64,000 bases of DNA from Candidatus Latescibacterota bacterium (GTDB lineage: Bacteria > Latescibacterota > UBA2968), in contig OZ240241.1 in the NCBI GenBank assembly GCA_965198115.1, positions 7,744,001 to 7,808,000 of the forward strand, given 5' to 3'. This document shows, in pieces, positions 31,371 through 42,907 of this stretch. Position 1 is the stretch's first letter, and every line of letters begins with the position of its first letter. The notes beneath the pieces are model-generated. The model saw only the letters and a list, made by a program, of their open reading frames with translations, did not search any database and was not told the origin of the DNA. The translations under genes and the position numbers were made by a program.

Positions 31371-32267
31371 TCATCCCATCGGGTGGGTGATCAGGCCGAG
31401 GTCGGCGATGGGTTGCTCGATGCGTTCGACTTCCTCATCGGTGGCGGAGACCATCGGTGGACGCAGATGACGTGATGCTACGCCGTTGAGCTCGAGGGTG
31501 GCGCGCCAGAGCGCTTGGAAGCCGCCACCTACCCGCGCGGCAAGAGACTCGAAAGGTTTTTCGGTTTCACGGATGATGCGCCCCGCGGTGGCCACATCAG
31601 TGTCTTGGTACGCCTGCCAGTACTCCTTCGCGACGTGAGGGGCGAATGACGAGTAGTAGCAGAAGAAGGCGGGGCGCCAGGGCCACTGCGTGAAGTTGCG
31701 CCAGAGTCCTCCGCCGGTCATAAACTTCCAATGCGCTCCGTACTTCTGCATCGTGTTCGGGGCGTAGTCTACGGCGCCATCTTCCTTGAAGCAGCAGATG
31801 TTTTGAACATCGACGATGGCATCGAGGATCTCGTGCGGCGGCCAGCCGACGAGCATCACAGGCATCACTTCCGCGACGGCGCGATAGTGGGCGATCTTGC
31901 CCGCGGGAACGGAGTGATCGGACGGCAACACCATCAAGACGTCGACACCGAGGTCTTTGCAGAATCGGGCGAATTCGACGGCCTTGGGATCGGTCCAACG
32001 GGGGGTCGCTGCGACGGTGAGTGCCCTCCCGTCCACCTGATCAATCAAACAACGTGTCAGTTCTTCAACCTCCTGGTCAGATAGGTGGTCGAACTGGCTG
32101 TCGCCGTAGGTGAGCAAGCTGACTTCACTGCCGCCGGTGATTCCCACCTCGATGATGTTCCGAACGCCTTCCCAGTCGATTTCACGGTCAACCAGGAATG
32201 TCGTGGGAATCGAGTTGACGGGGCCGTCGAGACGGTCCTTGATTGTTTCGGGTCTGATCTGCGCCAT
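31371..32267 (-). CDS. Dihydrodipicolinate synthase/N-acetylneuraminate lyase family protein
   Basis: IPTTF..EIDWEG, LS..E..ELTR, GVDVLMVLP, Schiff-base Lys in CFKED, LRPP. Confidence 0.85.
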   Translation of the reverse strand: MAQIRPETIKDRLDGPVNSIPTTFLVDREIDWEGVRNIIEVGITGGSEVSLLTYGDSQFDHLSDQEVEELTRCLIDQVDGRALTVAATPRWTDPKAVEFARFCKDLGVDVLMVLPSDHSVPAGKIAHYRAVAEVMPVMLVGWPPHEILDAIVDVQNICCFKEDGAVDYAPNTMQKYGAHWKFMTGGGLWRNFTQWPWRPAFFCYYSSFAPHVAKEYWQAYQDTDVATAGRIIRETEKPFESLAARVGGGFQALWRATLELNGVASRHLRPPMVSATDEEVERIEQPIADLGLITHPMG

Positions 32268-32367
32268 CCGCTTTCGCTTCCTCTCGATCGGTGGCCAATA
32301 TGCTCCAGAATGATCGCAAGTTCCACACCTCATTCTCGGGGAAGGGAGTCTCCCCGCCAGGTGGATC

Positions 32368-34785
32368 TTGACCCGCCGTGCCGTCCTGATCGGCCTGGCG
32401 CTTTCGGCGCTCATCAGCGTCTGGCCCGCCTATTCGAGTATGATCGTTCGGTCATCTCGGGCCGACTACGCCCACCTCTCGGTCGCCTTTCTTGTCCCGT
32501 TCGTCATCCTGCTGCTGCTGGACCTCGTCGCCAAGCGACGGGGTTCGGGGCTCTCCTCATCCGAACTGCTGACGATCTGCTGTATTGGAACCGTCGCTGC
32601 CACCACACAGGGCGAGTGGCTCTCAGGTTATTGGCTCGGGACGATTGCGTCTCCGACCTATTTCGCGACTTTTGAGAACCGCTGGGAAGAACTGCTCCTG
32701 GCTTATCTCCCTCAGTGGGCGATCGTAAGTGATCTGGAGGCGACGACAGGTTTCTATGAAGGGTTGCCGGATGGACGCAGCATCCCCTGGTCGGCGTAGA
32801 CGACGGCCTTGCTGTGGTGGGGAGGTTTCTTAGCGGCTTTGCTGATCGCCAATGTCTGCGTGATGGTGATCCTGCGGAAGCAGTGGATGGAGAACGAGCG
32901 CCTTGCCTTCCCGATCGCAACGGCACTCCTGCAGATGACGGGAGATCGTCGCACAACTTCCACCTTCCGCTCCCTCGTGGGGTCGCGGCTTTTCCAGGTC
33001 GGGTTCTTCACGGTGCTGGGAATCTTTACGTGGAACACGGTTACCTGGTTCGTGACTTCCATCCCCCCTCTGCCGGTGATGACACGACACGCACTTTTTA
33101 TGGCTATATCCGGATCTCTCAACGAGATGAAGTGGGTGAAGGTGCCGTGGTTCCTGGCATGGGGGCGCGGTTAGAGTGTGCGGAACCTCTTCGGAATCTG
33201 CTCAGGGATGTTTATGTCTCCGACGGTAAGGAAGATCATATCGTTGAATGCGTCGAGTGTGCGGAATCCGCTGGCTCGGTTCTTGACGATTTGGACGATT
33301 CGGTTGAGGCCTTCGGCGATGGCGTTGGTAAGACGCGTGTTCACGAATGCGAGGACGCCGAAGAAGTGCTGTCGCAGGGTCCTGACGAACTTTCGCAGGG
33401 GTTCACGTCGACTTCTGAGTGCGGACGTCGTCCAGCATTTCAGGAAGCGTTCGGCAGCCCAGGGCGCTTTGTATTCCCAGAACTGCTCGAACTCGTCCTT
33501 GAGTCTCCAGGCTCTATAGATTCGGTAGTTCGCCTTCTCCAGTGCTTTGAGTGTCCGAGTATCCCCTCTGGAGCGTGTCGCTGAGTGCCGGTAGAGGAGC
33601 CATCGGAGGCCCTTCATGGCTTTGCGCTCATCCGGGGCAGCTTTACGCCACTGGTCCTTACGGACCTCGTCAACGGCGGCATTGAGAGCCTTGACGATGT
33701 GAAAGCGATCGAGGACCAGCTTGGCATTCGGACAGTGTTCCTGGATGGCTCCGATGTAAGCTTCGCTCATGTCGCAGCAGGCCCACTCGATCTTGGATCT
33801 CTGGTAGGGACTGAGAGCCTCTGTGAAGAACCGATCGATCGTTTTACGCGCCCTGCCGCGGCCAACCCACACCACGCAGGAGCGGTCCAGATCGTAAACG
33901 AGCGTGGCGTACCTGTGACGCTTGGCGTAGGAGATCTCGTCGATCCCGATGGTTTTGAGCCCTCGGATACGATGACCTTCACGAAGCCGCGTGATGGATC
34001 GGTGAAGGAGATCCGACAGCGTCGAGGCAGAGATGCGCAGCAACTCGGACGCCGCCTTCTGCGTCATGGTCTGGCAGTAGCGCAGCATGGCATACTCGAA
34101 GCGATACGTCACCCGAGAGAACCGCTCCGCCCACGGAATCTCCTCGACCACACGACCGTGGGTAGGACACCGAATCTCCCGAGGATGGTAGAGAAGCCAG
34201 ACCCTCCACCCGCACACCGGAATGTCACGCCACCGACGCGGATGGGGCATTGTGCGGACGATTTTACCTCGACGGCCGCACTCCGGACAACAACAACCAT
34301 TCTTATGTGGCTTTACGGCGATGACGAAACAGCTTCTCCCCTCAAACCACCAGCTGACAACACGGAACCCCTTGAATCTCAGCAGTTTCGATAGTAATCT
34401 GCTCCCGGTCATAGGTCGCACCCCCTTCGCTTTGATTGTCCTACACACACAACCAAGCGTAGGGAACGATCTATGACCTTGTCATTCTATAGTTTCACCG
34501 TTGAGAAACCCGGATAGAGCCCTTTTTATCACGCGTGGTTTCCCGACCGCCCTGGTCGTGATCCATTCGATGACGATGGCGTTTGCCTATTTCACGAAGT
34601 CGGATGTGCTCCTCAGTCTCTGGGTATTCCAGATCTTTTCCTTCGTCGTCCAGGCAGGCATCTTCAACCGCATAGGATTCAGCATCGGGGGATCCGATCC
34701 GTGGGGTTCCTTCGATGCGTCCACGGGGTGGCAAAGCTTCGGCGGAATGATTGTCTTTGTGGGCTGGGGACTTTGGATCGGCCGC
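32368..34785 (+). pseudogene. Polytopic membrane protein (DUF6785/peptide-transporter-like): nonsense codon at 32797, ISL3 insertion, 3' truncation
   Basis: TRRAVLIGL, ELL, FYEGL..IPW, ILRKQWMENERLAFPI; frame rejoins across ISL3 TSD CTTTTTAT. Confidence 0.75.
33102..34521 (-). mobile_element. ISL3-family element copy 1 (transposase 33171-34448)
   Basis: 1420 bp; TIRs GGCTCTATCCGG/GGCTATATCCGG; TSD CTTTTTAT; CPECG, IGIDE, CCDMS, DRFH, TNAIAEGLN. Confidence 0.95.
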
Positions 34786-35670
34786 GCCCGCGGCGTCGGT
34801 GTGGATCACCAGGATCTCGGCCTCCCTGAATCCGAACTCCTTGGTCTTCCACAGGTATTCACCGATGGCGTCGGCGTAGACGTTCTTCTCGGCCATGATG
34901 AAGAGCACCGGCCGGGTATCGAGCTGCTTGTAGACCTTGTGGTGTTCCTTCCAGCGCTACACCGCCGCCCGCAGCCAGTAGCCGTACTTCTCGCCGATGT
35001 TGTTCGCGGTCACGCCGTCGGGGTCGTCCTGCGGCTGCTTGGGGTCGTCTTCCTTCGTCACAATGAGCGGCGCCTTGACGATCCGGTCCTCTACCGCTTG
35101 GGCGAGCGGGTAGTCGCCGACCGTCCACGGAAAGTACATGCTGTTCTGGTCCTTGGGCGTGGCCGAGAAATCGAGCCAGAGCGCGAGGCCCTGTGGCAGC
35201 GCGCGATGGACGGCGAGCAGCGACTGGCTCCAGGCCAGGTCCTCGTCGTGGACGTGATGGGCCTCATCGTTCAGCACGATCAGGTCCTTGAGCAACTTCA
35301 CCCGCTCCAGCATCGAGCGCTGCCCGGAGGCGGCGAGGTCCTTCGCGGGCTTCTTGCCGAGCAGCGACTCGATAGCGTTCTGCGGCGTCCACCGCTCATC
35401 GCGCGACTCGTAAAGCTGGTGAATGTTGGTGAGGAAGAGGTTGTCGGACGGGTCGGGCTCGGCAGCCTCGCCGCGGAGAATCACTTTCTGCGAGAACGCG
35501 CCGCGCCACTCCGGCGGGATGAGCGGCAACTCGTAGAAGATCCGGTTGGCGGCAAAGTCGCGCTCCAACCGTTGGTACACGATCACGTTCGGCGCGACGA
35601 TCAGGAAGTTGGTGGACAGCCCCGAGCCCGGCACCCGCTGCTTGTGGAACCTGGCCCAGATGATGGCCAC
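34785..35670 (-). pseudogene. Type III restriction Res subunit / SF2 helicase internal fragment with in-frame stop
   Basis: FLIVAPNVIV, TNIHQL, LNDEAHH, FSATPK, YPLAQA; TAG at 34957-34959. Confidence 0.8.
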
Positions 35671-35694
35671 CCTTCGAGCGATCGCGCGCGAACT

Positions 35695-36794
35695 GGTGGA
35701 GACTCTCAAGGCCGGGTCGCGTTGCTGGATTTACCGTTACCGGGTTTCCGGCCTCGGTCAACTTTCCTCAGTGAACGCGTAACACATCTTGTCTTGGGGG
35801 GGGTTATTGACCACACTCCCATTGCCGTTACCAGTCGTCCTATTTATTCGTAACTAATTGTCGTGCAGTGAATTATGCGATTCATTCAGTTGGCGTCAGG
35901 ACTGGATAAGCAAGGTGGAGAAGATGGCAAAGTTATTTTGTCTCCTGCTGATTGAGAGGATAGCTGCTTTGACTTGTCTTGGGGGGTTATTGACCACACT
36001 CCCATTGCCGTTACCAGTCGTCCTATTTATTCGTAACTAATTGTCGTGCAGTAAATTATGCGATTCATGCAGTTGGCATCAGGACTGGATAAGCAAGGTG
36101 GAGAAGATGGCAAAGTTATTTTGTCTCCTGCTGAGGGAAGAACTCGTGAGAGGATAGCTGAGATCGGAATATCAGTATTTATGTGAAGGGCCGACAATAC
36201 AAGGACGCCGACTAGAGACGGCGCCGTAGCAAAGGGGCTCCCCGAATTCAGAGTGCTCCGGAGGACGGTGCAGTAAGATCTGCGAGTAGTAAGGCAGAAC
36301 GGCAAGCCTCGCACAGCAGATCATTCGGACGACACTGTGAGAGTCAGCGAACATCAAGATCATTCGGCTCTGAGGAGTCGATCGACATGTCTGTGATTTA
36401 GGGTAACGAGGATCGGTTTATCCCGCGCCCGGCAATCTTCGAAACTTCAGAGCCCAAGGAGAGACCGTGGGGAAAGAAGAGCTGATATTCCGATCACCTC
36501 AAAGCAGCTATCCTCTCACGAGTTCTTCCCCTCAGCAAGGAGACAAAATAACTTTGCCATCTTCTCCACCTTGCTTATCCAGTCCTGATGCCAACTGCAT
36601 GAATAGCATAATTTACTGCACGACAATTAGTTACGAATAAATAGGACGACTGGTAACGGCAATGGGAGTGTGGTCAATAACCAATAACCCCCCAAGACAA
36701 GATGTGTTACGCGTTCACTGAGGAAAGTTGGCCGAGGCCGGAAACCCGGTAACGGTAAATCCAGCAACGCGACCCGGCCTTGAGAGTCTCCACC
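35695..36794. repeat. ~1.1-kb noncoding element with ~310-bp inverted arms and an internal tandem duplication
   Basis: 35695-35971 and 35973-36175 are both reverse-complement matches to 36482-36794; unique 306-bp core 36176-36481. Confidence 0.9.
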
Positions 36795-37165
36795 GATGCG
36801 ATAACCGTCCGTGCCCACCTTGCGAATGAAGAACCCGGATGTCTCTAGGGCCGCCGCCGCGTTGTCGATGGTGGTCGTATCGACGGCGTCCGGCGGCTCA
36901 CCAAGCGCGAAGCGCAGTTCGGGCAGATGAGCCACCTTGTCCAACTGTCCTCCGGAGGACTCGAACAGGATGGTTGTGCCCACCCGGCGATGGATATCGC
37001 GCAAAGCCCCCTTGGCGTCCACATCCAGGGCCTTCGCATGCGCCATCGGCCCGGCCAGATCGGCCTCGATGGCTACATCGAGCCGAGCCTCACCCAACTG
37101 GCCCAGCACCACGGCACGGAACTCGGGCACGTCCAGCGGCGCCGATCCAAAGACGATCGTGTGGT
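36795..37165 (-). pseudogene. DUF499 AAA ATPase internal fragment
   Basis: LGQLGE..L..AIEADLAG..AHA..LD..RRVGTTILFESSGG..LPELRFALGEP. Confidence 0.6.
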
Positions 37166-37209
37166 CCTCTCTTGTCACAGCTCGGTGTCATTAGCTTGTC
37201 ACAGCTACT

Positions 37210-37460
37210 CATCCGGGTCCACCCAGCACATAGCGCTTGGTCGGGTCCGTCGGACCCGTTGCTTTTTCGAGCACAATCCCTTTCTGGATCATAGCTTTCA
37301 GGTCGCGCTGCAGAGATCGGCGGTTGGTGGCAGGACACAGGTGCTCGAAATCTTGGATGGTTAGGCTCCCGTTCTCTAGAATATGACCGATGGCGTGGGC
37401 TTGACGATCCGAAAGCCCATGCTTCTTGACGAGCAGGTCCCGGCGGATCGCCTGCTCCCA
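37210..37460 (-). pseudogene. Fic-family protein C-terminal winged-helix fragment
   Basis: Manual translation [44 protein letters not shown]. Confidence 0.55.
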
Positions 37461-38219
37461 GACTCGATGGACTCCGTGTTCCCGAGGGATCGTCGTACGG
37501 CGTCGAGAGCCGGGACGAACTCGGAGAACTCGACGTCCTTGCTTCGGTCACCGAAGGGCTGAAGCGTCAAAGTTATCCGGTTTCGTGGCATTCCTCGTCT
37601 ACCCCTATGTCCCAAATGCCTGTGCGAACACTAAAAAATCCTCAAACCCGACGAAGTCGTCACCCGTCAGGTCGAAGCGCGGGTTCGTCGTACCGAACGC
37701 CCCGACGAACATCAGAAGATCCGCAAAGTTCACAGCCCCGTCACCATTAAAGTCGGCGGGGCTACCTCCCCTCATATCTTCACGCAGCTTCGCCGCCACG
37801 CTGACGGAAACCGTCTTGGAAGTTCCGTCGGCGTAGTTGAAACCGAACTTCGTGACGACGATTTCGGCGGAGTCAGCAAACGTGTCCTGGACGCGGAAGG
37901 AGAGCTGCCCCAGGAAGCCGTCGCCGCTCCCGCGCATGCCGGTGAACGAGGCCACGCCGACTTGTTGTCCTTTGGATATGGCCTGTGCGTCAGAGATGAA
38001 GTTGCCGACTTCGAAGCTGCTTGTCCTGCGAATGCCATAAGAGTCTTCGAAAGTGAAACCGTATCCCGTCACTTCGGGAAACGACTCGGCGAAGAGCTGG
38101 AGCGTCACTGTGTCGTCGAAGCCCACGTCTTTCGTTTCCAAGTCTTGATTCCCGGAGGCGGGGTTGAGGTCTAGTTTTAGGGAGGACGTGCCGGGATTTA
38201 TGGTTACAGGAGCAGTCGC

Positions 38220-39608
38220 GGTGTTGTGCCTATCGTAGTTGAAACTTAGAGGGCTCCAAACTTACGTTGGGTAGACGTGTAGGAGCGTATACCCGTAAGA
38301 AAGGAGCCCAGATGGAGAAGCTATTTGTAGGCGATGGTGAAGTCAAGGTTGAGGGCGATGTCATCGATTTGGAGACGCGTTTGTCGGTGATCCAGGCGTT
38401 GATCCCGTTGGGTCTGGAGGCAGTGGCAGACCTCCTCCAGCAGGAGGTCGAGCAGCTCGCAGGCGTTCGGTATGCGCGCAAAGGTTCGGAGCAGGCGCAT
38501 CGTCGGTGGGGAAGCCAGAAGGGATCCGTGTATCTGATGGACCAGAAGCTCCCGTTAGACGTTCCCCGGGTGCGCGACGTCGAGGCCGACGCAGAGGTTT
38601 CCCTGGCTGCATACCGGGCTCTACAGACGCCCAAGAAGACGGACGAGGGGCTGTTGCTTCGTGTTCTCAAGGGGATCTCGTGCCGCAACTACAAGGCCTG
38701 TGCCGAATCGGTTCCAGAAGCGTTTGGTATCTCAGCGTCCTCCGTCTCGCGGCGGTTCATCAAAGCCACCGCGAAGAAGCGGAAGCAGTTCCAGGAGCGT
38801 CCCCTCGACGACTACGAACTTCGTGACCCTGTTCATTGACGGAAAGAGCTTTGCCGACGAAGAGATCGTGATCGCTCCGGGGGTCACGATGGACGGCCAG
38901 AAGATCCCCCTGGGCTTCGTCGAATCGGCGACGGAGAACGAACGGATCTGCCGCCAGCTGATCCAGGACCTCATCCGGAGAGGCCTGTGCTACGACCAGG
39001 GCCTTCTCGTTGTGCTTGACGGCTCAAAGGGACTCCGCAGTGCTGTCACCAAAGCCCTCAAAGGGTATGTGCGCGTGCATCGCTGTCAGTGGCACAAGCG
39101 CGAGAATGTCGTCAGCTATCTCCCGGAGAGGGAACGTCCAAGAGTTCGACGGAAGCTCCAGAAAGCCTATGACTGCGACACCTACGAGGAGGCAAAGGCC
39201 GCACTCGAATCACTTAAACCCGAACTGAAGCTGATGAATCAGTCTGCCGTAACGAGCCTCGAGGAAGGCCTGGAGGAAACCCTGACCCTCCACCGGCTGG
39301 GTATGCTCCCATTCCTGAAACGAAGCTTCCGAACCACCAACTGCATCGAAGCCCTCAACAGCAGGACCGGCGAGCTCACTCGGAAGGTCAGACGCTGGAA
39401 CAACTCTCCCCAGAGACACAGATGGGTGGCTGCCGCACTCCTCGACATCGAACCTCGCCTGCGACGCGTGAGCGGATACAAACATCTTCCCCTACTCAGG
39501 CAAGCACTGAACAAAGATCTGAATCTCGACAACGAACAGAATGCTCAAAAGAGAGCCTGACCAAACTACGGGGCCCGATGAGTTTTCAACTGACTATGGG
39601 ACTTGACC
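38220..39608 (+). mobile_element. IS256 type C, transposase 38267-39560 frameshifted near 38817
   Basis: TSD GCAGTCGC (38212-38219, 39609-39616); matches intact copy at 62197. Confidence 0.93.
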
Positions 39609-39946
39609 GCAGTCGCGAAGAGAGTGTCAGATGCCCATACATTATGTTGATAATTTTCCTCGTCTCCGCTGACGTAAGAATGGAGAATCAAGCTGTCTAC
39701 GACGATAGAATTTGTTGTAGACTTACCTCGGAATTTCGCAGTGACGAAATAGCCATCTTCATTCAATAAGATCCCTGTCGGAGGCATGGGTGGTGGCAGC
39801 CCTGGGTGAGACAGATAATTGGGCATTAGTATTACTTTTCTATCATCGACTATGAGTTCACCGTCAGGACCTATAATAGCAAGCACAGGAAGTAAGCCGT
39901 CTACTGGATTTGCGGTCCACCGATTGAAACCAGGACCAAAAAAAAA

Positions 39947-41366
39947 GGCTCTATCCGGGTTTCTCAACGGTGAAACTATAGAATGACAAGGTCATAGATC
40001 GTTCCCTACGCTTGGTTGTGTGTGTAGGACAATCAAAGCGAAGGGGGTGCGACCTATGACCGGGAGCAGATTACTATCGAAACTGCTGAGATTCAAGGGG
40101 TTCCGTGTTGTCAGCTGGTGGTTTGAGGGGAGAAGCTGTTTCGTCATCGCCGTAAAGCCACATAAGAATGGTTGTTGTTGTCCGGAGTGCGGCCGTCGAG
40201 GTAAAATCGTCCGCACAATGCCCCATCCGCGTCGGTGGCGTGACATTCCGGTGTGCGGGTGGAGGGTCTGGCTTCTCTACCATCCTCGGGAGATTCGGTG
40301 TCCTACCCACGGTCGTGTGGTCGAGGAGATTCCGTGGGCGGAGCGGTTCTCTCGGGTGACGTATCGCTTCGAGTATGCCATGCTGCGCTACTGCCAGACC
40401 ATGACGCAGAAGGCGGCGTCCGAGTTACTGCGCATCTCTGCCTCGACGCTGTCGGATCTCCGTCACCGATCCATCACGCGGCTTCGTGAAGGTCATCGTA
40501 TCCGAGGGCTCAAAACCATCGGGATCGACGAGATCTCCTACGCCAAGCGTCACAGGTACGCCACGCTCGTTTACGATCTGGACCGCTCCTGCGTGGTGTG
40601 GGTTGGCCGCGGCAGGGCGCGTAAAACGATCGATCGGTTCTTCACAGAGGCTCTCAGTCCCTACCGGAGATCCAAGATCGAGTGGGCCTGCTGCGACATG
40701 AGCGAAGCTTACATCGGAGCCATCCAGGAACACTGTCCGAATGCCAAGCTGGTCCTCGATCGCTTTCACATCGTCAAGGCTCTCAATGCCGCCGTTGACG
40801 AGGTCCGTAAGGACCAGTGGCGTAAAGCTGCCCCGGATGAGCGCAAAGCCATGAAGGGCCTCCGATGGCTCCTCTACCGGCACTCAGCGACACGCTCCAG
40901 AGGGGATACTCGGACACTCAAAGCACTGGAGAAGGCGAACTACCGAATCTATAGAGCCTGGAGACTCAAGGACGAGTTCGAGCAGTTCTGGGAATACAAA
41001 GCGCCCTGGGCTGCCGAACGCTTCCTGAAATGCTGGACGACGTCCGCACTCAGAAGTCGACTTGAACCCCTGCGAAAGTTCGTCAGGACCCTGCGACAGC
41101 ACTTCTTCGGCGTCCTCGCATTCGTGAACACGCGTCTTACCAACGCCATCGCCGAAGGCCTCAACCGAATCGTCCAAATCGTCAAGAACCGAGCCAGCGG
41201 ATTCCGCACACTCGACGCATTCAACGATATGATCTTCCTTACCGTCGGAGACATAAACATCCCTGAGCAGATTCCGAAGAGGTTCCGCACACTCTAACCG
41301 CGCCCCCATGCCAGGAACCACGGCACCTTCACCCACTTCATCTCGTTGAGAGATCCGGATATAGCC
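39947..41366 (+). mobile_element. ISL3 copy 2 (transposase 40020-41297)
   Basis: 1420 bp; degenerate TSD AAAAAAAA/ATAAAAAT. Confidence 0.95.
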
Positions 41367-41663
41367 ATAAAAATTGTGCCACCCCCCGTAGCGCTTGTGA
41401 GTGGATGAATGAAGATTTCTACACCGAGTCCTCTTTGAGTATTCATCAGCGGTGTGATTGATGACTGATGATCGTTTTGTTGATTCCCTACGTTCCCGTC
41501 GAGATAGACCTTAGCTCCCGCATTCGGACCCGCGAAGGGTGAAGTGGACATGCTCAGAAGCAGGTACAGAGCGTACCGTGTCAAAAGTGCTCATTCCGCG
41601 TGGGAGTTTGTTTCGGTTTCTTCAATATTGGCACAAGGAAATTCCACTATTCCGATTCAAGAT

Positions 41664-42215
41664 TCAAGATTCAAGGATCAGAGTTCCCGAAATCGTCATG
41701 TCCCCACAAGAGGCTGTGGTGAGAGTTTCTAACACCTGCATGGTATTCTCTGAAAAGGTCAAGGTCGCACTTGTCGTTGTAGCGGGAGGGCAGCTGAGAA
41801 ATCCGCGCAGATGGATTCCTTCCCATGCGTTCCAAAGACCCATCGCGGCGGTAAAGATGCCCCCACTTGTCTTCATGACAGAACCATCGGCATTGATAGT
41901 GCGTATGATGGCGGGCACTTGTTCGGCTTCGTTCGGGTTCCAATCGGCCGGCGGAGTAATAAATCCGGTGATTGTCAGTTGCGCCCCGGACTGTGCAACA
42001 GTCAGGCGCAACGAATATGTCACGATCACGGACACGCCTTTTCCACTACTTGTCATCGCCATTGCGGAGACCTCCAACGGGCCGGCATAGGTTCCGGCGA
42101 CAGACATAGTTGGAGATAACGACCCACCACCACCACAAGCGGCCAGCGCGAGCACCAGGTGGAAGATCAATATGCGCGTGACGAGTGTCTCGTATACCTC
42201 CGTGAAAAGATGCAT
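41664..42215 (-). CDS. Hypothetical lipoprotein
   Basis: RBS AGGAGG, lipobox LAAC, beta-rich body. Confidence 0.6.
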   Translation of the reverse strand: MHLFTEVYETLVTRILIFHLVLALAACGGGGSLSPTMSVAGTYAGPLEVSAMAMTSSGKGVSVIVTYSLRLTVAQSGAQLTITGFITPPADWNPNEAEQVPAIIRTINADGSVMKTSGGIFTAAMGLWNAWEGIHLRGFLSCPPATTTSATLTFSENTMQVLETLTTASCGDMTISGTLILES

Positions 42216-42235
42216 GTCAGTACCTCCTGCTTTTA

Positions 42236-42551
42236 GGGGGCGCGGTTAGAGTGTGCGGAACCTCTTCGGAATCTGCTCAGGGATGTTTAGGTCTCCGACG
42301 GTAAGGAAGATCATATCGTTGAATGCGTCGAGTGTGCGGAATCCGGTGGCTCGGTTCTTGACGATTTGGACGTCGCGGCCGCACTCCTCGACATCGAACC
42401 ACGCCTGCGACGCGTGAGCGGATACAAACACCTCCCGCTGCTCAGGCAAGCACTGAAAAACAACCTGAATCTCGGCGACAATCAAGATGCTCGGCAGAGA
42501 GCATGAATACCACGGAGCCCGATGAGTTTCAACTGACTATGGGACTTAACC
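42236..42551. mobile_element. Fused diverged ISL3 3' fragment (42236-42372) and IS256-C right end (42373-42551)
   Basis: Both parts align to the full copies with several substitutions. Confidence 0.8.
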
Positions 42552-42907
42552 TAAACCAGTAGCAGCCTGAAGGCTCGGAGCATAACAACGGCTGCCCCCG
42601 CCGCGGCTATCATTGGGACCGGTCTATTCGCGTGGGTGCTTCACATCATCGGCGAAACGCGTCCCAAGTCAGCAGCGCTTCGTGCTGAGGTCATCGAACG
42701 ATATGGCGGAGATGAAGTCGAAGCCCTGTCTCGGTTCGTAGAGGATGATTTTCGATCTCTCAGACGCAGGAACCCCAGTGACTTTCATTGACCCCGATGC
42801 GATGAATATTGGAAACAATGTGCAGCAAAGACCTTGCATTCCGATAAAGCTCTCGTCAGCAGCAATGGAACTCGTGCGATTGTACGATCAACTCGAGGCA
42901 TTTAAAG

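Larger units (their letters stand above)
37605..41584 (-). pseudogene. Secreted protein with cohesin-like and dockerin/EF-hand tail, split by IS256 and ISL3 (384 aa when rejoined)
   Basis: Segments 41584-41367, 39938-39609, 38211-37605 sum to 1155 nt in one frame; ADFNGDGAVNFADL..FDLTGDDFVGFEDF. Confidence 0.8.

Noticed and set aside
32797-32799. In-frame TAG codons (also 34957, 51952) as pyrrolysine or recoding
   Set aside because: They fall in genes otherwise broken or mobile, at likely Trp/Gln positions, and TAG is used as a normal stop elsewhere
34501-35853. 450-aa + strand ORF
   Set aside because: Chimera of IS end, transporter remnant, antisense of the Res fragment and the repeat arm
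36318-36367. AGATCATTCGG direct repeat as a mini-CRISPR
   Set aside because: Only 11 bp, two copies, not palindromic
36718-36770. RNase P-like words GAGGAAAGT and CGGTAAA
   Set aside because: Far too short, remaining conserved helices absent, and multicopy
36668-36794. IscB omegaRNA/HEARO resemblance (GTCAATAACCCC...GTTGACC)
   Set aside because: No transposon-end hairpin between the motifs, no downstream scaffold and no iscB/isrB ORF
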